This document shows, piece by piece, positions 26,000 to 40,285 of a DNA stretch of 64,000 nt. Position numbers and translations under genes: made by a program. The notes under the pieces are model-generated. The model had not been told where the DNA came from and searched no databases. It saw only the letters and a list, made by a program, of their open reading frames with translations. Every line of letters starts with the position of its first letter. The first letter of the stretch is position 1. The stretch is from Amoeboaphelidium protococcarum X5 (taxonomy: Eukaryota; Fungi; Aphelidiomycota), in contig JALDTO010000098.1 of the NCBI GenBank assembly GCA_023515725.1, positions 332,463-396,462 of the forward strand. The letters are read 5' to 3'.

Positions 26000-26749
26000 A
26001 TGGTGGCATTAACGATTGACATTTTGGAGAATTCTGTGGCATTCACCAATACTTTAGGAGACAGAGAACTGGATTTAAGAGGTAAGCATGATTCTAAATT
26101 TATACCAATTGATTTTATGCGCAACGTGGCTCTAGTTAGTGTAGATAACGCGATCAGCTTAATTGAGAACTTGAGTCTGACCAAGGATTTGTATGACACT
26201 ATAGACTTTACCAATAACGATATTACTAGGCTAGAAGATTTCCCGCATTTATAAAATTTAAAGCACCTTTTGCTATCTAATAATAAAATCAACTACATCA
26301 GTTCATCAATCGGCGAAGCATTGCCAGAACTGCATACTCTGATTCTGAACAATAATGAAATCAATAAAGTCTCCTCGCTGTCACCGTTAAAATCGGCGTC
26401 AAATTTGAGGTGCCTCAGTCTGCGTGGGAATCCAGTGTGCTTATAGAAAGATTATCGACTGCAGGTACTAGCAATGTTGCCTCTGTTGAGATATTTGGAT
26501 TTTGAGCACGTGACTGACAAGGAGAGGCGAGACGCGCAATCATTCGTAGAATCAGACGCTGTTGAGTCAACTGCACCGAAATCCGGTAAAGGGAAGAGAG
26601 TGAGGAAATTATCTGGCGCGTCTGAAGACGATGCCTCTGATGCTGAATCTGCCAAGAGGAAAGATAGAGTGAAGAGGATCAAGGAAGCCATCAAGAATGC
26701 AAAGACTTTGGAAGAAATCACTGCTCTTGAACGTGAACTGCGTAAATGA
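26000..26749 (+). CDS. SNRPA1: U2 snRNP protein A'; intron 26082..26144
   Basis: DRELDLR, IENL, YDTIDFTNNDI, LRRs and LRGNPVC..KDYRL...LRYLDF LRRcap. GTAAGC...TGTAG intron. Confidence 0.92.
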
Positions 26750-26981
26750 CATTTACTATATAGTTCAAGCATATGACAATTCATTTTTTAATCATCCAAT
26801 CCCCCGTGTTGAACGATGATGATGATGAATACAACAGGACATCCGTAACTGTTTCTTTCCGTCAACGATTCTCTCGTTCCGCATTTCTTCAACAACCATT
26901 TCTTCCTGTTTCTGAATCAGACAATATTGTTCATCCATCAACTCAAAATCACATTTAAACTAAAGCGATATATTAAGAACA

Positions 26982-27486
26982 ATGATTAAGAAGGGATAGC
27001 ATCATTAAATTCATAATCTTGGCAGTGATGTACAGGATTCAAAGCATGATAAGAAGGGTCACTCTTCCAATCAGCCTCATGGACCTCAGCTGGTGTCTTG
27101 CACATGGCGTCCTGCTAAAGAGAAGAGTCATGAGACTACTTCAGAATTTTTTGTCATTTGTGATAATGGTAAGTTGCTCTTAATATTTGATTTTAATTAA
27201 TATAACTGTGTGAGATTATACGAGTGATTGTGTGTGTGTAGGAATGCCAGCCAAGTATCGCAAAGGAGAAGCATCGCTGGCTGAAACTGTTGACTCGTTT
27301 GACATTTTCACTCGCGACTTTGGAACGAACGGGCCGCCGTGCAAACCTCGCAAAGCTCAGCTCTTGGAGGCATTCAATAGCACGGATGAGTCGGCCATCC
27401 TTGACAAGATTATTCGCGAGGGTGTGGAGGCCAAGTTTGATGCTAAAATCTTGACTGGAAGGCGTGGTAATATCGTCATTCACTGA
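26982..27486 (+). CDS. SBDS N-terminal domain protein, Rtc3-like; intron 27169..27241
   Basis: SLAETVDSFDIFT...KPRKAQLLEAFNSTDESAILDKIIREG. GTAAGT...TGTGTAG intron restores the frame. Confidence 0.7.
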
Positions 27487-27642
27487 GTACTTACTGAATT
27501 GCGGCCTGGCTAAAGTATGAATATTTGGCAGAGTATATATGTACTACTAAAGAATAGGGATTTTTACTACTGAGTGATATCGCATTCTCTTTGCCTTATT
27601 TTGTTCTTCATTTCAACGCGATTTTTCAGAATCTATAACAAG

Positions 27643-28917
27643 ATGTAATAACAGCAAGTCTTGAACTTGAATTTGTAAACGGGACATTTAAGTGCCGCCC
27701 ATTCTAATCATTCACACTATTAAAGAAATTTAAAAATCACTTATACAGGCGATGCATGTTGTATGAAATAATGGTGTGAAAGGATTGCTAAACTGGTAGA
27801 TTATGATTTGGCGTAGAACTATATTTGTCCGCTTGGATATGATTTAGAATGGAAACCCAATAGGCAAGTTGGTTAAAATAATCCAGTTAATTTGATTCAG
27901 GTGTGTTATAAAGATGAAGTTTTATTATATCACGCGGTGTATGTATTTAGAGGACGCTATTTCACAGTCAATGTTAACGACTTGTAGCCGCTGATTGATT
28001 TACTCACCAAAGATGGGGTGCTGCTATGTGGAACTGCTGTTAAGTAAGACGCAAAGAAGATGATTAAAGATTTTAATATCCCTGAATAAAATAAGTAGAA
28101 GATTTTAGATAATTGTCATGATCTTAAGGATTTTGCCCAGTATCACTATTACTTGAAATCGCGTTAGTAGATTGTGGCATAGTCTCGTATTGAGTTATTT
28201 GTGGCGTCTAAGTATCTTTCAATGGTGGAAACGTCCTATAGTTCACTTACGCAGAGCAGTGGTCATTATAACAAGTATGTCAAGTATAGATATGGAATCA
28301 AAGTGAAATCTATTGATGGGGAGGTACATGGCAACACTTCTGTATATTAAGATGCAGCGTATCAGCTGGACCTTTTAGAGCACTTGGAAATGCTTTGTGT
28401 TGACGATGTGAAGCAGTACTGTAAGAGTCACGAATAAGGCGAAGAACTGCCACATCTAGATGAATTTCATGGTGATTGGGCTTTTCCGAATGGAGATCTA
28501 CATCTTCCACTTCCGGCTAAGCATGCCAAGTATGGACTCAAAGTTTTGATGGATCGATTCAAGTTGGTATCCGCAGAGTCCAATCTCAATCCACCAGCTC
28601 AGTCTTACCGCAACAGTACTTCATGCACAAATTGGGAATTCTTTCCACTTAACGTGAACTAGATCAAATATGCAGCAATGGACGCCTATGCTGGCCATGA
28701 ACTTTTGAAATGTATCATTCATGAAATTTCATAGTTGCTGCTGTTGGATCTATCTTAAGCTTAATCACGCGAGAGATTCATTAATATTCTAGCATTGTAG
28801 TAGTTGTAAGTTGCTGAGAGTTAGGCTCTTGCTGATAAGTAGAAGAAGCGTTCGTAAGCTTAGAAGAAGCCAGCTGCAAAGTCATCATCGCCCAAACATC
28901 AACCTTCTGAAGACTGA
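27643..28917 (+). CDS. DEDDy 3'-5' exonuclease (WRN-exo/EXD2-like)
   Basis: ExoI LGYDLEWKP...PVNLIQVC, ExoII-region VKQDAKKM and ExoIII TNWEFFPLNVNQIKYAAMDAYAG; ends at TGA 28915. Confidence 0.85.
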
Positions 28918-29161
28918 GTAATAATTAAGTACGTGATTGAATGATATTTTTTTTAACAATTTATTTTGCAAGATTTATATTTACTCCTATTCTATCATCT
29001 TACGAAAGTAGGTGAACGCCTTTTTCGAACCTAATACTCACTCTAAATAAATTCTCAATAGGACCAAGCATTACGAGCCAGAAGGTGGACAACAATAATA
29101 GCATCTTACAGTGCATGTTCAACTTAGTCTTCTTCTTTTCTTTTCGCCTTCATATCTCCCC

Positions 29162-29700
29162 TCATTATCTTTACTCATTTCTTCTATTAAAGTCATTTAG
29201 ATCAAATTACTAACCCTCATAAGTGCTGGACAACACCACGTCCATCAACCTATTGTAAGCGACGCGAGAAGGCAGACTCAAATGCTCAATGATCGCTGCA
29301 GGAGTAGCACCTTGATTTTATAACAAATCTAGTGCAATCTCCTTCATTTTTACAACAACTCCCGTAAAGGTGCGCTGACTCTCATTGGCAATTCTACCTG
29401 GAAGCAGAAAAGCTCTAAAGGCCTTCAATCAATTCCATCTTCTCTTCTGCTGTCCACAGAGCAAACCGTCTTTCAGGATGCTAGAGCCACTGCACTCTCT
29501 CCGGATACCGATCTAAGAAAGACTGCAGAGTGCAGCTTGGAGGTGTCTACGGGGCACGCTAGTATGGCCAATGACGTGGAGCATTATTCTACTCTGCCAA
29601 TTAACCACCTGCCCGTCGACGTTACTATTAGCGAGGATTGTCAGCAGGCCCAGCCACATACTAATTCCACTGCATCGCTAGAAATTGCACAGCTCGTGCA
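29162..29700 (-). pseudogene. Possible frameshifted gene remnant with Myb/HTH-like segment
   Basis: PERRFALWTAEEKMELIEGL continues in another frame (~29400) as RIANESQRTFTGVVVKMKEIALDLL. No clean start found. Confidence 0.3.
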
Positions 29701-30489
29701 TATAAGGATTATCAGTGCTGTTGGCCATCAAATATTCCAGAAAAATATATTACAAACTTGAGGACCAGCCGGAGAAAGTCCTTTATCTCAATCACTTTGA
29801 TTGTGTGGACATATTCATATCACGAAGCAACTAATTCTCAAATTCTGGTAAAACTCCTAAAATTATTTTCAGGCAGCGCAACAGAATGTCAGTCTAGGCA
29901 AAGTGTAGTCTCCATCTCACTAACATCGAGCTCTTAATCAAAGTAAGCCCAGTATTTAAAAGATCGACATGCATACAGCCAGCGATTCAGAGAACCAAGC
30001 AGATTAGGACCTTCGAATTTTGGAGTTAATACCATTCTAGCGCTTCTCAAGAAGAAAAGATTTTGATCTAAGGTGGCACATTCTTAAAGAAAGTTCTTCA
30101 AAACTTACAGCAGGCAGGAGGAAGTGAAGTGACCAGCGATTGCAAAAGCGCCGTCGCGAGTCTGTTGTACAAAGAAGGTGTGAACTCCCCTTAAAATATC
30201 ACATTGTTTTTCTCACAACATACAAAATCTCATAAAATGGCAAGGTATAAGAGTAAAACAGGAGCCGAGTAGTTATCATCAGCAAACGTAATGTTTTTTT
30301 GATGCGCCAATGCGAGCAATGCTTTTATAATTATTACGATACTGAAGTGTAATTGCAGCCGTCAGTGCCGCTCATTTTGTTCTTGTTAAGAGAGTGGATC
30401 GATCTCTTATAAAACCTTATACTGTGCAGAATTTTTCTACTAAATTCCAGTCTTCGTAATAAGAGCAAGATTAATTTAGAATATTCATA

Positions 30490-31746
30490 ATGCAAGAGAG
30501 TACGTAATTTTCATAATAGTAGCCTCCAACTTCTGATAATCTTGAAAGTAGACAAGACTTGACTCTAATTGGCAATAAATTAAGAACACTACATCCCCAA
30601 GATGGCGATATTGACCACGTTATCAATGCATTGGAGCTTCAGTTTGAGCACATAATAGACCTTTAACATCAAAACAACTTATTAGAATAGAGATACAGTA
30701 ATTTAAAGAACGAGTAAAGCCTTGTGTAATTACAAAAGTAGATGGGAATTGGAATGAAGAAGGCTATGGATCAATTGAAAGAGTCTCAAGCTGAAACAAT
30801 GGCACTCAGAGATGCTAAACATAAACTTGAAATGGCATTGCGTAGATTATAGTCTGATAATTCCACGAAATAGCAGTAGATTGATGATGTGCAGTCTCAG
30901 TGCATGAAGCTGACACGCCAGATTTAAGATATGAAAAATGACTAGAGTAGCACTCTCGGTTCACAAGGCAGAGTAGGAGACGATGTAGTGGTGAGAGCAC
31001 TTCTTGAATAGAAAAAGCCCGATGCGCGAAAAGCTCAAAAGACTTCACACAGCTCCGAGGAGGGAGATTAGCATGAAACAGTCATTTACTCACTGCAGAC
31101 TTAGCTGAGAGAAACTGAAAATCAATTGAAACAGATCAAATCTCTAGCGTTCCAGTATTAAACAGAGAATGATAGGTATGATATTGTACGTTTCTGTGCT
31201 CATTGTGTCACTATGGAACCATGCTTTAAATGTAGATCTATGCATCTGAGTGTTTAGCAGAAGAAAGAGATTTAATAGCTCAAGTAAACTCTACACGCTA
31301 AGAATCAGTTTATTAAACTTTTGCAATCGTAGATTGCTGAAATATCCAGCCACATTACCGAGACTGAGAGATATGAATTGGCCGTGATTGAGCGTTACAA
31401 ACTTCAACTTGACGATATGAAAGCCAAGTATGAAGAACTGTCTACATAGTTGCAATAAATTCAAGATGAATTGGGACAATCTGAAGCTGAAAGACGCGTA
31501 CTTGAATAAAAAATGTAGGCGTTTAAGAATACTCAACCAGATGCTAGCCTTGGCTCTATGTCGATTAAGAGTGCTCTTGCTCAGGGCAAAGCTCCTGAGT
31601 AGTATTAGTAGTAATTGTAGTAACAATACTCTCAGAAATTCAAAAGACTTTTGGATGACTTTGAAAACCTGCGACAAGATTGGAAACGGCTTGATGAAGG
31701 ATAGCCATCACTTTACAGATGGGACTAGTACGTTACTAACTTATGA
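30490..31746 (+). CDS. Coiled-coil protein of unknown function; probable intron 31176..31235
   Basis: Long Q/E/K/L-rich heptad frame to TGA 31744, with a compositionally distinct GTATGA...TGTAG segment. Start uncertain. Confidence 0.65.
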
Positions 31747-31774
31747 CAATAGATATCTATTCATTATTTCATTA

Positions 31775-33616
31775 TCAATCGAACAAGAGATCAAAGTTTG
31801 GCAGCTCACTAAATTAATCGTCAGTATCATCGACAACTTGAGCACTCTTTAACTCCTTCTTCAGTACTAGCAATTGTCCTTTGTCGCGATCACTCTTTCG
31901 CTTTACAAATTCAACACTATGTCGGAGCTATTCAACTTCTTCTAAAGCCTTCTTAAGCTCATTTCGATCAAGTATTATTGATTTAGATTCTTGCTCTACA
32001 CTATACCATGAGGAAGGTAGTTTAAGCTTTCTGCCAACATACGCAATGTTCTTAGTACTTGGGATACGCAGATGCTCCACTTCAGGAACGAGTCCAAAGC
32101 ATTGGTCCTCATAGGCGTCCGCATCAGAGGCGTCATTATCATTACAATCAAGACCAGACTCTACATCGCTCTCCATTAAAGTTCGATTAAGATCATCATG
32201 AAGGTTTAATATTAAGGATCCATCAATCATTGACTCTGTCCATTTCAGATACGCCTCATATCGTGGTACTTGACGTCCATTGGCACCTATAGGTATCAAA
32301 ATACTTTAACCAAACGGGTTCTTCACTCCTCGCAAGTCAAAGAAACAGCACGGCAGAACGAATACACTACAGAACGCGTCCATCTGTAGAGAACCATCAT
32401 CTTGAATATCACCATATTCCATTGGTATCTTAATCCACTTCTCTAACAAATACTCCAGGTTAATCTTGTGAGCGAGCAGAGGAATCCAACCAGTCAGTTC
32501 ATCAGCATGATTTCCGATCAACCACAGGCGCTGCGTATTGAGTGGAATGTCAAAGTTATCATGACGGGGATCAATAGTATTCTCTTACAGATTCAGTTGA
32601 GGGAGATCTTCCTACAGCACATCCCAAAGAGCCCGTTTGGCTTAATCAAATCCTAATCCGTTCCAATTCTACTTCCCAAGAAGATAAGTCAGGAAACCAT
32701 TTCCACAACCAATATCGATAAAATATAAATCTTACATAGAATTCGATTTCTATTACTTAAATAGACAATGAAGAAAAGTTAGAATGGATATATCCTCAAA
32801 GACATGCTTCTATGGATCAGTGTCCATTAATTTCTTACTCTTCTTACTCTTACTGTGATGCCGGTTATCTACAGCCTCGCACCACTTGGACACCCAGTAG
32901 CCATACTTTTACTTAAACTCAACATACTAATCTTGGTACGTGGCTTTATCCAATACTTTATCATGATTAACGCGTTTTTCATATAGACCATTCACAGCTT
33001 TGTGATTACCAACCAAGAACTTGCACAAAGTGTCCATTATAGACGATATCACAAAGGAATTTCGCACTTACTGATCAGAGTTGATACCACCCTGCTCATC
33101 AACCAGCGATTCAATAATAGTCTTTTCCATCTCAATATCTCGATGAATACGGAAGGCAAACCAGTTCACTTATTGAGGCATATAAAAGGGAAATTTTGAC
33201 TATATCGCGTAATCTGCATCCACTAGATCCCAAATCAGATATAAAGACTTGAGCTGATTATCGATAAAGATTTACCATAGATACAAGTCATGCGTCAAAA
33301 TGTTATTCTCTTGGTGGATTTTAGGCACAACTTTACGTCTAACGTGACATAGAGATTAAGAGGCGGCTTTATCACTCTACGATATATCATCAAAATTGAA
33401 GGCTCTCACTTTTGCAAATAGAGACTTTTCATTGCCACCATCATCATTAATAATGTCAGTCTAAAGATCAGCAGAGACAGTTCCCTCGTATAAAATATCA
33501 GATCTCATCACATTCTTCTAGAATAGCTCAGCATTACGTAAATGTGTATCAGCGACAGACTAGATATTCATCTACGTGTAAAGATTGTCCACCACCACTG
33601 TCTTGACTGATCTCAT
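31775..33616 (-). CDS. TRM44: tRNA (uracil-O2')-methyltransferase Trm44
   Basis: TDPQKHVFEDISI, FIDIGCGNGFL, WLIGNHADELTGWIP, LPCCFFD and LRIPSTKN. Confidence 0.92.
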
Positions 33617-33751
33617 TTACTTTCTAAAATCCAGCTTTAGCCTCTTTTGTGCTCTTTTTATACAAAAGACGATGAAATCAATGTTATTGCCGATTAGACT
33701 CTGACCTAAATAAGTGCAAAGACTAGCGATATTGAAATATTGGGATATATT

Positions 33752-35167
33752 ATGGAGTGTTCAATCTGCTAATTGCCGCTTAATTATGCCTTGCTACATA
33801 ATAGCGATAATGCTGGTGATGATGATAATGAAGGTTGTGAGGAACTGATACAGCTGGGGAAACCTGTGCCTGATCTGATTGATTAAAATTGTCCACATTT
33901 CTATCATTACAAATGTCTGTATGAGTGGAGTAAAATTAATAATTCATGCCCGCTGGATAGATTGCAGTTTAGCTATATTTAATAGATTGATTTGGGTGAT
34001 TTGCGATAGAAGGATGCTCAACGTTTATTTCATAATGATGACGATAATCAGCATACTGACCATAATCATGATGATGATGAACTATTGAGTGTATTGAATA
34101 AGAATCTACCAAGTAAAGTTTTGCCTGTACCGGAGCGAACTCATAATCTTGGCGAAGACTAAAGCTATAATTATAGCGAGGAAAGGTCTTCGTGTTAGGT
34201 ATGTCACACTGACGATGATCCTCATTAGTTGCTCATTTGCGACGGGTGTGATTAAATGTACCATCTCTATTGTCTTGAACCGCCGCTATCCTCTGTGCCT
34301 ATGAATGAATGGTTCTGCTCTAGTTGCACTTAGTCTGTGTAGTAGTAATAGTAATAAAGATATTCTATCACGGATGATCTCGTACAAGATTTAAATCTCA
34401 ACTCTAATGGGTCACATCGAGTATAAACTCTATCATCGCCAAGTAATAATGGTAGAAGTAGAAGATTTTAGAATCGATAGAGATCTTAAGCTGCTTTGAT
34501 GCGAATGCTTAGAAGAAGATTATTGAATGATTTGCATGATTTTGGTTCCCAGTACAGAGTGGGCAATCGCAGTACTAATGTTGTTCGGCATCACAATGAT
34601 CTAGATACATCTTCAGTCATGAATAATAACAGTAGTAATAATTATAATAACGACTCTGTGAATGGAATGCACGTAAGTATCTATCCCTCCAGCTTCGACA
34701 TTAATCGAGTTTTGAATAAGCATTCTATCAAAGGTGATAGTAGTAATCACGGCGGTAAGAAACGATAATCTAGATAGAAGCGATCATCGACAGGATCATA
34801 ATCGACTAGATCATCACGGTAATAATAGTAATCAAAGCAGCAGTTATAAGGACCTTCTATTCTTAAATTGGAAGATGACAAGTCACTCATATCTAATCTT
34901 CTCTTGGAGGATTACAATAAGGTTATCGCTAATCAGCCAAAGTCTGCTGGTAAACGGCGGCGAAAGCTTTCATTATCTCTGAGTGATGACAATAACTCTA
35001 ACTCTCCTTCCGCTGCTGCTAACACTGATCAAAATGTAGCTGGGGATGAAAGTGTATTATGGTAGTAGTTTGAATTGGCTCGTAGTCTTTAACAGTCTGG
35101 TTCATCGTCATAAGGGACCACTTCCTCTTTGAAATCAAAATAGAGAAAGAAGATTAGAAAACAGTGA
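33752..35167 (+). CDS. RING + PHD finger protein (PHRF1/Asr1-like)
   Basis: CSIC...CPHFYHYKCLYEWSKINNSCPLDR and CQVC...[33 protein letters not shown]; ends at TGA 35165. Confidence 0.87.
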
Positions 35168-35226
35168 TTTTGTAAAACAATTCGTATCATAATAGAAATG
35201 TTGATTATTATTTAATAGACATAGTA

Positions 35227-36837
35227 TCAGTTAATTCCAAAGAACCGAATCATGACATCTTGATAGTTGGATGGGATGGTGTCCTGCTCATTTACAAAGA
35301 GGGTGAGGAGGACGCCCATAGCCATGGAGAATGCAACTGTTTCCATTCCATCTATGCATAGAAGAGCAACTGCACGCCGACACGCTTGAAATACTATAGA
35401 TCGCTAATTCATATCCATTGGTGGCATTCTAGACAATCCAGCGGTATTCTTTATCCTGAGGCGCAGACGCAACAAATTCCAACATCCTTCAATAGCGCGA
35501 GGCAGACAGTACATGGCCAGTTCTAATCGCCGCGATTGAGGTTGTTCTATCAACACGGTGCAACCACTAACGAAACCATTCATAAGATATGCCATGGTTG
35601 TCTCGCGTCCAGCAGTGATGTAATTCCTAAAATAACAAGGAACAAGCCAGGCCAGAGATGCAAACAGAGTTATGAACAGAGAACTCCTGGTGGAAGAGAC
35701 AACAAGTCTGAGAATAAATTTTTTACCATCTTAAGCCAGCAGTCGATGTCTCAACAGAAGCATCATGGCCAAGTTGAGAGGTAAATACATTTTGAAAGCT
35801 TTCGGGAAGCATCTCATTGCATAAGTCAATTGAGCCCAAGTGCAATTGTCGGTGTGAGGATGGAACATGTTGCATATCACGTATTGAGGTGCATTGACAC
35901 TCACTCCAAATTACTACTGTTATTATTAATCACGAACCTCTCTACATAGCTAAAGTGTACGCGCCAACTAAGATGGATCGACTGGCTCCTTCTTTATAAT
36001 GCTGGCCATCACGGACTTGGCAACTTTAGCATCCCTCTTACCATAGAAATGCTAGAGATCAGCCAGATTATAAATCCACTGATAATAGGAAGGAGACAAA
36101 GTTTCCGGATACAACATCCAGTTATGCATAATCTGCACATTACACAAGGCCATCAGTAAGACTTCACCATTCGGAATCCTAGGGAAATAGCCATGCTTGA
36201 CCATATATGCATGTGTACACTATAGTGATCTACAGGAGAGATAGAGAGCAATGGCAATACGGCGAGACTTTTCATCAAGTAAAAGAGCATATGAGGACAC
36301 CACACCTGCAATGAACGAATTCCACCGATCTTCCACCTTTCGCATCTTCCTCAATAAGCACAGCATACCCTTGAAGCCACCAATGAATGAGCCAAAGAAC
36401 GCGGCAAATCGTAGAGTGTCCGTGTCCATCATCTCCCATAACAGTCTCGGCCGTGATCTCAGCTTACCATTGAGTAACGTCTACACCACGGATACGCCAT
36501 ACTTGACAATGAACGCAGCACTGAACGCCCGCATGAATCCCCTGAAGCAGTTGGATCGGCAATACCCACTATGCTAACAGAATGGTCGTTTCATCTACTT
36601 TTCAATTTCCAATCTACGATCATTCGTCAGTGCCTTCTCATTGATTTTCAGTGTCAGCTCCTTGACTCTGTTCCAATGTTCATCGGGGAAGTACTGCGTC
36701 AAAGGGGATTCAGAGTGCACCTATTTAAGTATAGCTTCAGTCTCCTGAGTGGTCAGTGACAGAGCCAGAACCTCGGCAATCTTTTCAATAAACACATTCC
36801 ACGCCTGAGGCAGACTTGTTCCATACAAAGAATTCAT
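35227..36837 (-). CDS. TMEM135-family membrane protein
   Basis: DTLRFAAFFGSFIGGFKGMLCLLR, SRRIAIALYLSCR and SRRLELAMYCLPRAIE, all in one frame. Confidence 0.87.
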
Positions 36838-36980
36838 ACCGATGTAATAAATTGCAAAATGGTATTTCCTGAATTGAATGTTGCTTAAAGTCAAGCTACT
36901 ACAGAGTTATTGAATCGATCAATACCGGTATTGAAGAACCGTGGGAATAACTTAATGAATGCTTAAAGCAGAGGGACTCC

Positions 36981-37024
36981 CAGACTGACTGACAGACTCC
37001 CAGACTGACTGACTGACTGACTGA
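36981..37024. repeat. (GACT)n microsatellite with a short duplication
   Basis: cagactgactgacagactcccagactgactgactgactgactga, upstream of TMEM135. Confidence 0.8.
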
Positions 37025-37244
37025 TCTTCGTCTGTGAGAGTGAATGAATGAGAATGCTCAGCCACGCGCGCGCGATCGAGAAGTGAAACGAAATAGTAGT
37101 TTCAACGATCGGATCGATCGCTCTCTCACTATTTAAGTACTTTGAGTGACGAGATGATATACTGTAGACACATTGTATTACTGGATTGCAAAGATACACT
37201 GGAGCAGAAGAAATGTTCTTATATAAACAAGAATAATTTTATTT

Positions 37245-38679
37245 TCAATTCAAACGTTATTTCAAACTTTTGAGATAGAGAAGATCGCCTTGGTAGTCAA
37301 CTTGTTTGCAGAGACGCGTCTTGAAAAATAGCTTTAGGCAATCCCAACCACCAGTCTAGTGTAAAACTACTGCCATAAGATATTCAATTTCCTTCCATTG
37401 TATCGTTTTCAAAGCTTTCACATCTCCGCATAGAGCTTGTCGCACTAACTCAATGTCAAAATCGGAATTTGATAAAAAAGAGCAGGTGTCACAGAGATCA
37501 TCATCATAATCATCACCATCACCATCAAACACGTAAAAGTATCTTTAGTAGTCAATCATGGACGCGAGCGAGATACACTTTAATAGAGGGAAACCAAGTA
37601 GGAGTAACTTGCCAACAAGAACGGGGTGGATTTCTCGTCTTTGTGATACTAAATGATAATAGAACAGCAAGGAGGTCAAAATTGCCTTCTAGTAAAAAGC
37701 TTACTGAACATTTTCAAACACAGGCAAAGCTTGCACTAAAGAGCCATACTAATGTGCGACAATTAGCCACCGGACACACTCCATAGTAGGAGGTACGGTC
37801 TCAAAGGACCTCTGGATAATGTCAGATTCGTCATCACACAATTTAAATGCATCATACACAGAATCCACATTATAATCATGATAAGCTTAATCTTTTTACT
37901 CATATTCCACCTTGCAGATTTAGCATTAACAGATGAAATACTTGATAGACAGCAATCGTTCACGCCTCATCACTAAGGGAAGTATCAGATCTAACTCGCT
38001 CAAGTATGAACAAGACAGGAGATCCCCAGTATTGATTTCACGGATCGCAGTGAATTGAATGCGTAAACTGTACTAACCATCTTCTTAATCTAAGTGAGAA
38101 ATGGTAAACACTGTATTGGGAGAACATGAATGAGCCATTTTGGACGCAAGTGGGAAAAGTCCGCAATTTACAACACCATCGCGTACAATTTAATGAGCAT
38201 TTGTGTAGCATATCAACATAAATTTTATCAGCTATTACTTGAATCTTTAAGACTTGCTCTAAAAGACCATCTATGAGATATCATTGATAATTTCAACCAT
38301 TTCATTGACGCGATTGATATCAGAGGGAAGGTTGGGCAACGCGAAATCTACATATAATCATAGTAATGTTACATGCTATTTAGGTTGCATATCAGAGCTT
38401 ACCATCAAGTGCACTGTACAAACACTTTTACACATCATTAAATGCCAAGAGAGTCGATATCAATAAATCAGCTTCATCGCGATATGAAGATTGTTCAAGC
38501 CGGGATCTCACATTGTCAAAATAGATATTCTGACCAGATGCATCATCCCTTGATACTTCCCACTACGCTAGAGGATAATCTGCTAAGACTTGATCACCTA
38601 CACTGTAATTTTTTTTAGCATATAGTGATCGACCCACGTCACTATCGTTCTTGCAATCATAGTCATCCTCTATGGACAT
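37245..38679 (-). CDS. SET-domain lysine methyltransferase (SMYD-like); intron 38348..38402
   Basis: GRSLYAKKNYSVGDQV, GLFPLASKMAHSCSPN, AIREINTGDLLSCSY and post-SET YFICQCQIC. GTAAGC...TGTAG intron. Confidence 0.85.
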
Positions 38680-38863
38680 TTTTAGCTTTGATGTTTCTCA
38701 CAACTTTATCAATCACGCGAAGTTTAGAGAAAGCGCGTTTCAGTGAGTCACCTAAGAAGCTATTGTATTCACTGTGTTACACACACTGAAATGTGTCACT
38801 GCTATAAACCACTTCTCTTTTCACAAAGTCATATTTATAAAATTGAGTTGTAAAGTCTTAAAA

Positions 38864-39469
38864 ATGGAGAATCGTGATATTGCCAACTATCCTGCACAAG
38901 TCGCTGGTCTACTTAAAGATTTAGATAATGAAATCAAAACTGATGTGAAACAACATTTGAATGAGATGGAGCTCCGTGATGGCGCAGTGCTGGATACCAA
39001 TCCTGAGCATCTCCTCTCATTGTCTGAGCAGAAGAAAAAGTAAAAGAGTTCTGGTGGTAGAAAATCCACTGGTGGTTCATCTTCTGTACTAAAAGAATAT
39101 GATGCACAAGAAAGTATGCAAGTCGAGCCTAGCAATGATGACGGTGCTGATGATTATGGTAATGAAATAGAAACTCTGGGAGATTCCGCGGTAGACTTGT
39201 AGTCACCGGTGCAGTACTATCAAAGTCAATTGCAAGGCTAGCAGCATTCGGAATAGTAGTAGCAGCAACATTTCACCTAGCCGTAATAGCACGCGTCAAT
39301 GACACCTATGAACACTTCTTAGACCGCAACTGGTTTCCCGTTCTCTACTCCACAGTCGCCTGAAAAGTAGCTTCCTCTATCAACTGAGAAGAGACATTTG
39401 AGCGGTGAGTTTGATATGGAGCTGATAGACGCGCAAACTATTGGAATACACGGGGAATTGAAATTGTGA
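38864..39469 (+). CDS. Hypothetical disordered protein (~201 aa) with LNEMELRDG and RKSTGG motifs
   Basis: ATG 38864 to TGA 39467, with a poly-Gln stretch written in TAG/TAA/CAG. Confidence 0.7.
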
Positions 39470-39545
39470 TAATCTGTTAATGATTGAAATTTACTGATTC
39501 TGATTTGATTCGTGTCATTATCACCTTTTACTTCGATAGACATTC

Positions 39546-40090
39546 TCACTTACAGGCAGCTTTCAATTGGTTTGCCATTTGAGCCTTCTCCTGAGCCAAC
39601 TCCAATATCAATTAGTGAGTTTACTTGCGCACCTTCTTTTCTACACCAATACAGAAAGTCTTGTGATAATCATTATATTAAAATGATAGTCTTACCATTC
39701 GTTTCAACAGAGATCAAATAATACTGAAACCAAACTTGCATCTCGTTGTAATCTTGTTGAAACTGACCAGTGATACTCATTACATTATGATGAAGTTTCT
39801 CACGTATTTGATACAACTTTTACAGAACTTGATCCGTAAATTATTGCTCTTTCAGTATCAGTTCCATGTCTTGACTCTTTGCTTCGGATCTAAACATTCA
39901 GCAATCAACGAACGTGATTATCAAGCAGAGTTAAAACCATGGAAACTTACAGTGTAGAATTGAATGATTTGCGTTGTTATTCCGACTATACTTGAAACTC
40001 TTCTTTCAATTCAACCATTGAAGTCATTTCATTGTCAATGAAAGTTTTTTTATAGTTCATAATCTCATTCTCAACGCGTGAAGTATCCAT
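39546..40090 (-). CDS. Small coiled-coil hypothetical protein; introns 39890..39950 and 39641..39695
   Basis: Two GTAAG...TAG introns give a continuous ~140 aa helical product ending at TGA 39546. Confidence 0.6.
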
Positions 40091-40285
40091 TATGTTGTGT
40101 TGTTAGTACTGTAAAACGATAAAATGGTGATGTTGAGATAAGAGAGAGATGTATTGAAACAACAAGTCAAACGAATGAAATCTTAATTTGAATGCAATTT
40201 GAATTTATTGAAACAATCTGAATCATTGAAATATATGCAAACTATTTGCCATTCACCAGAGCATAGTATTCAAAATAAGAGCAGC

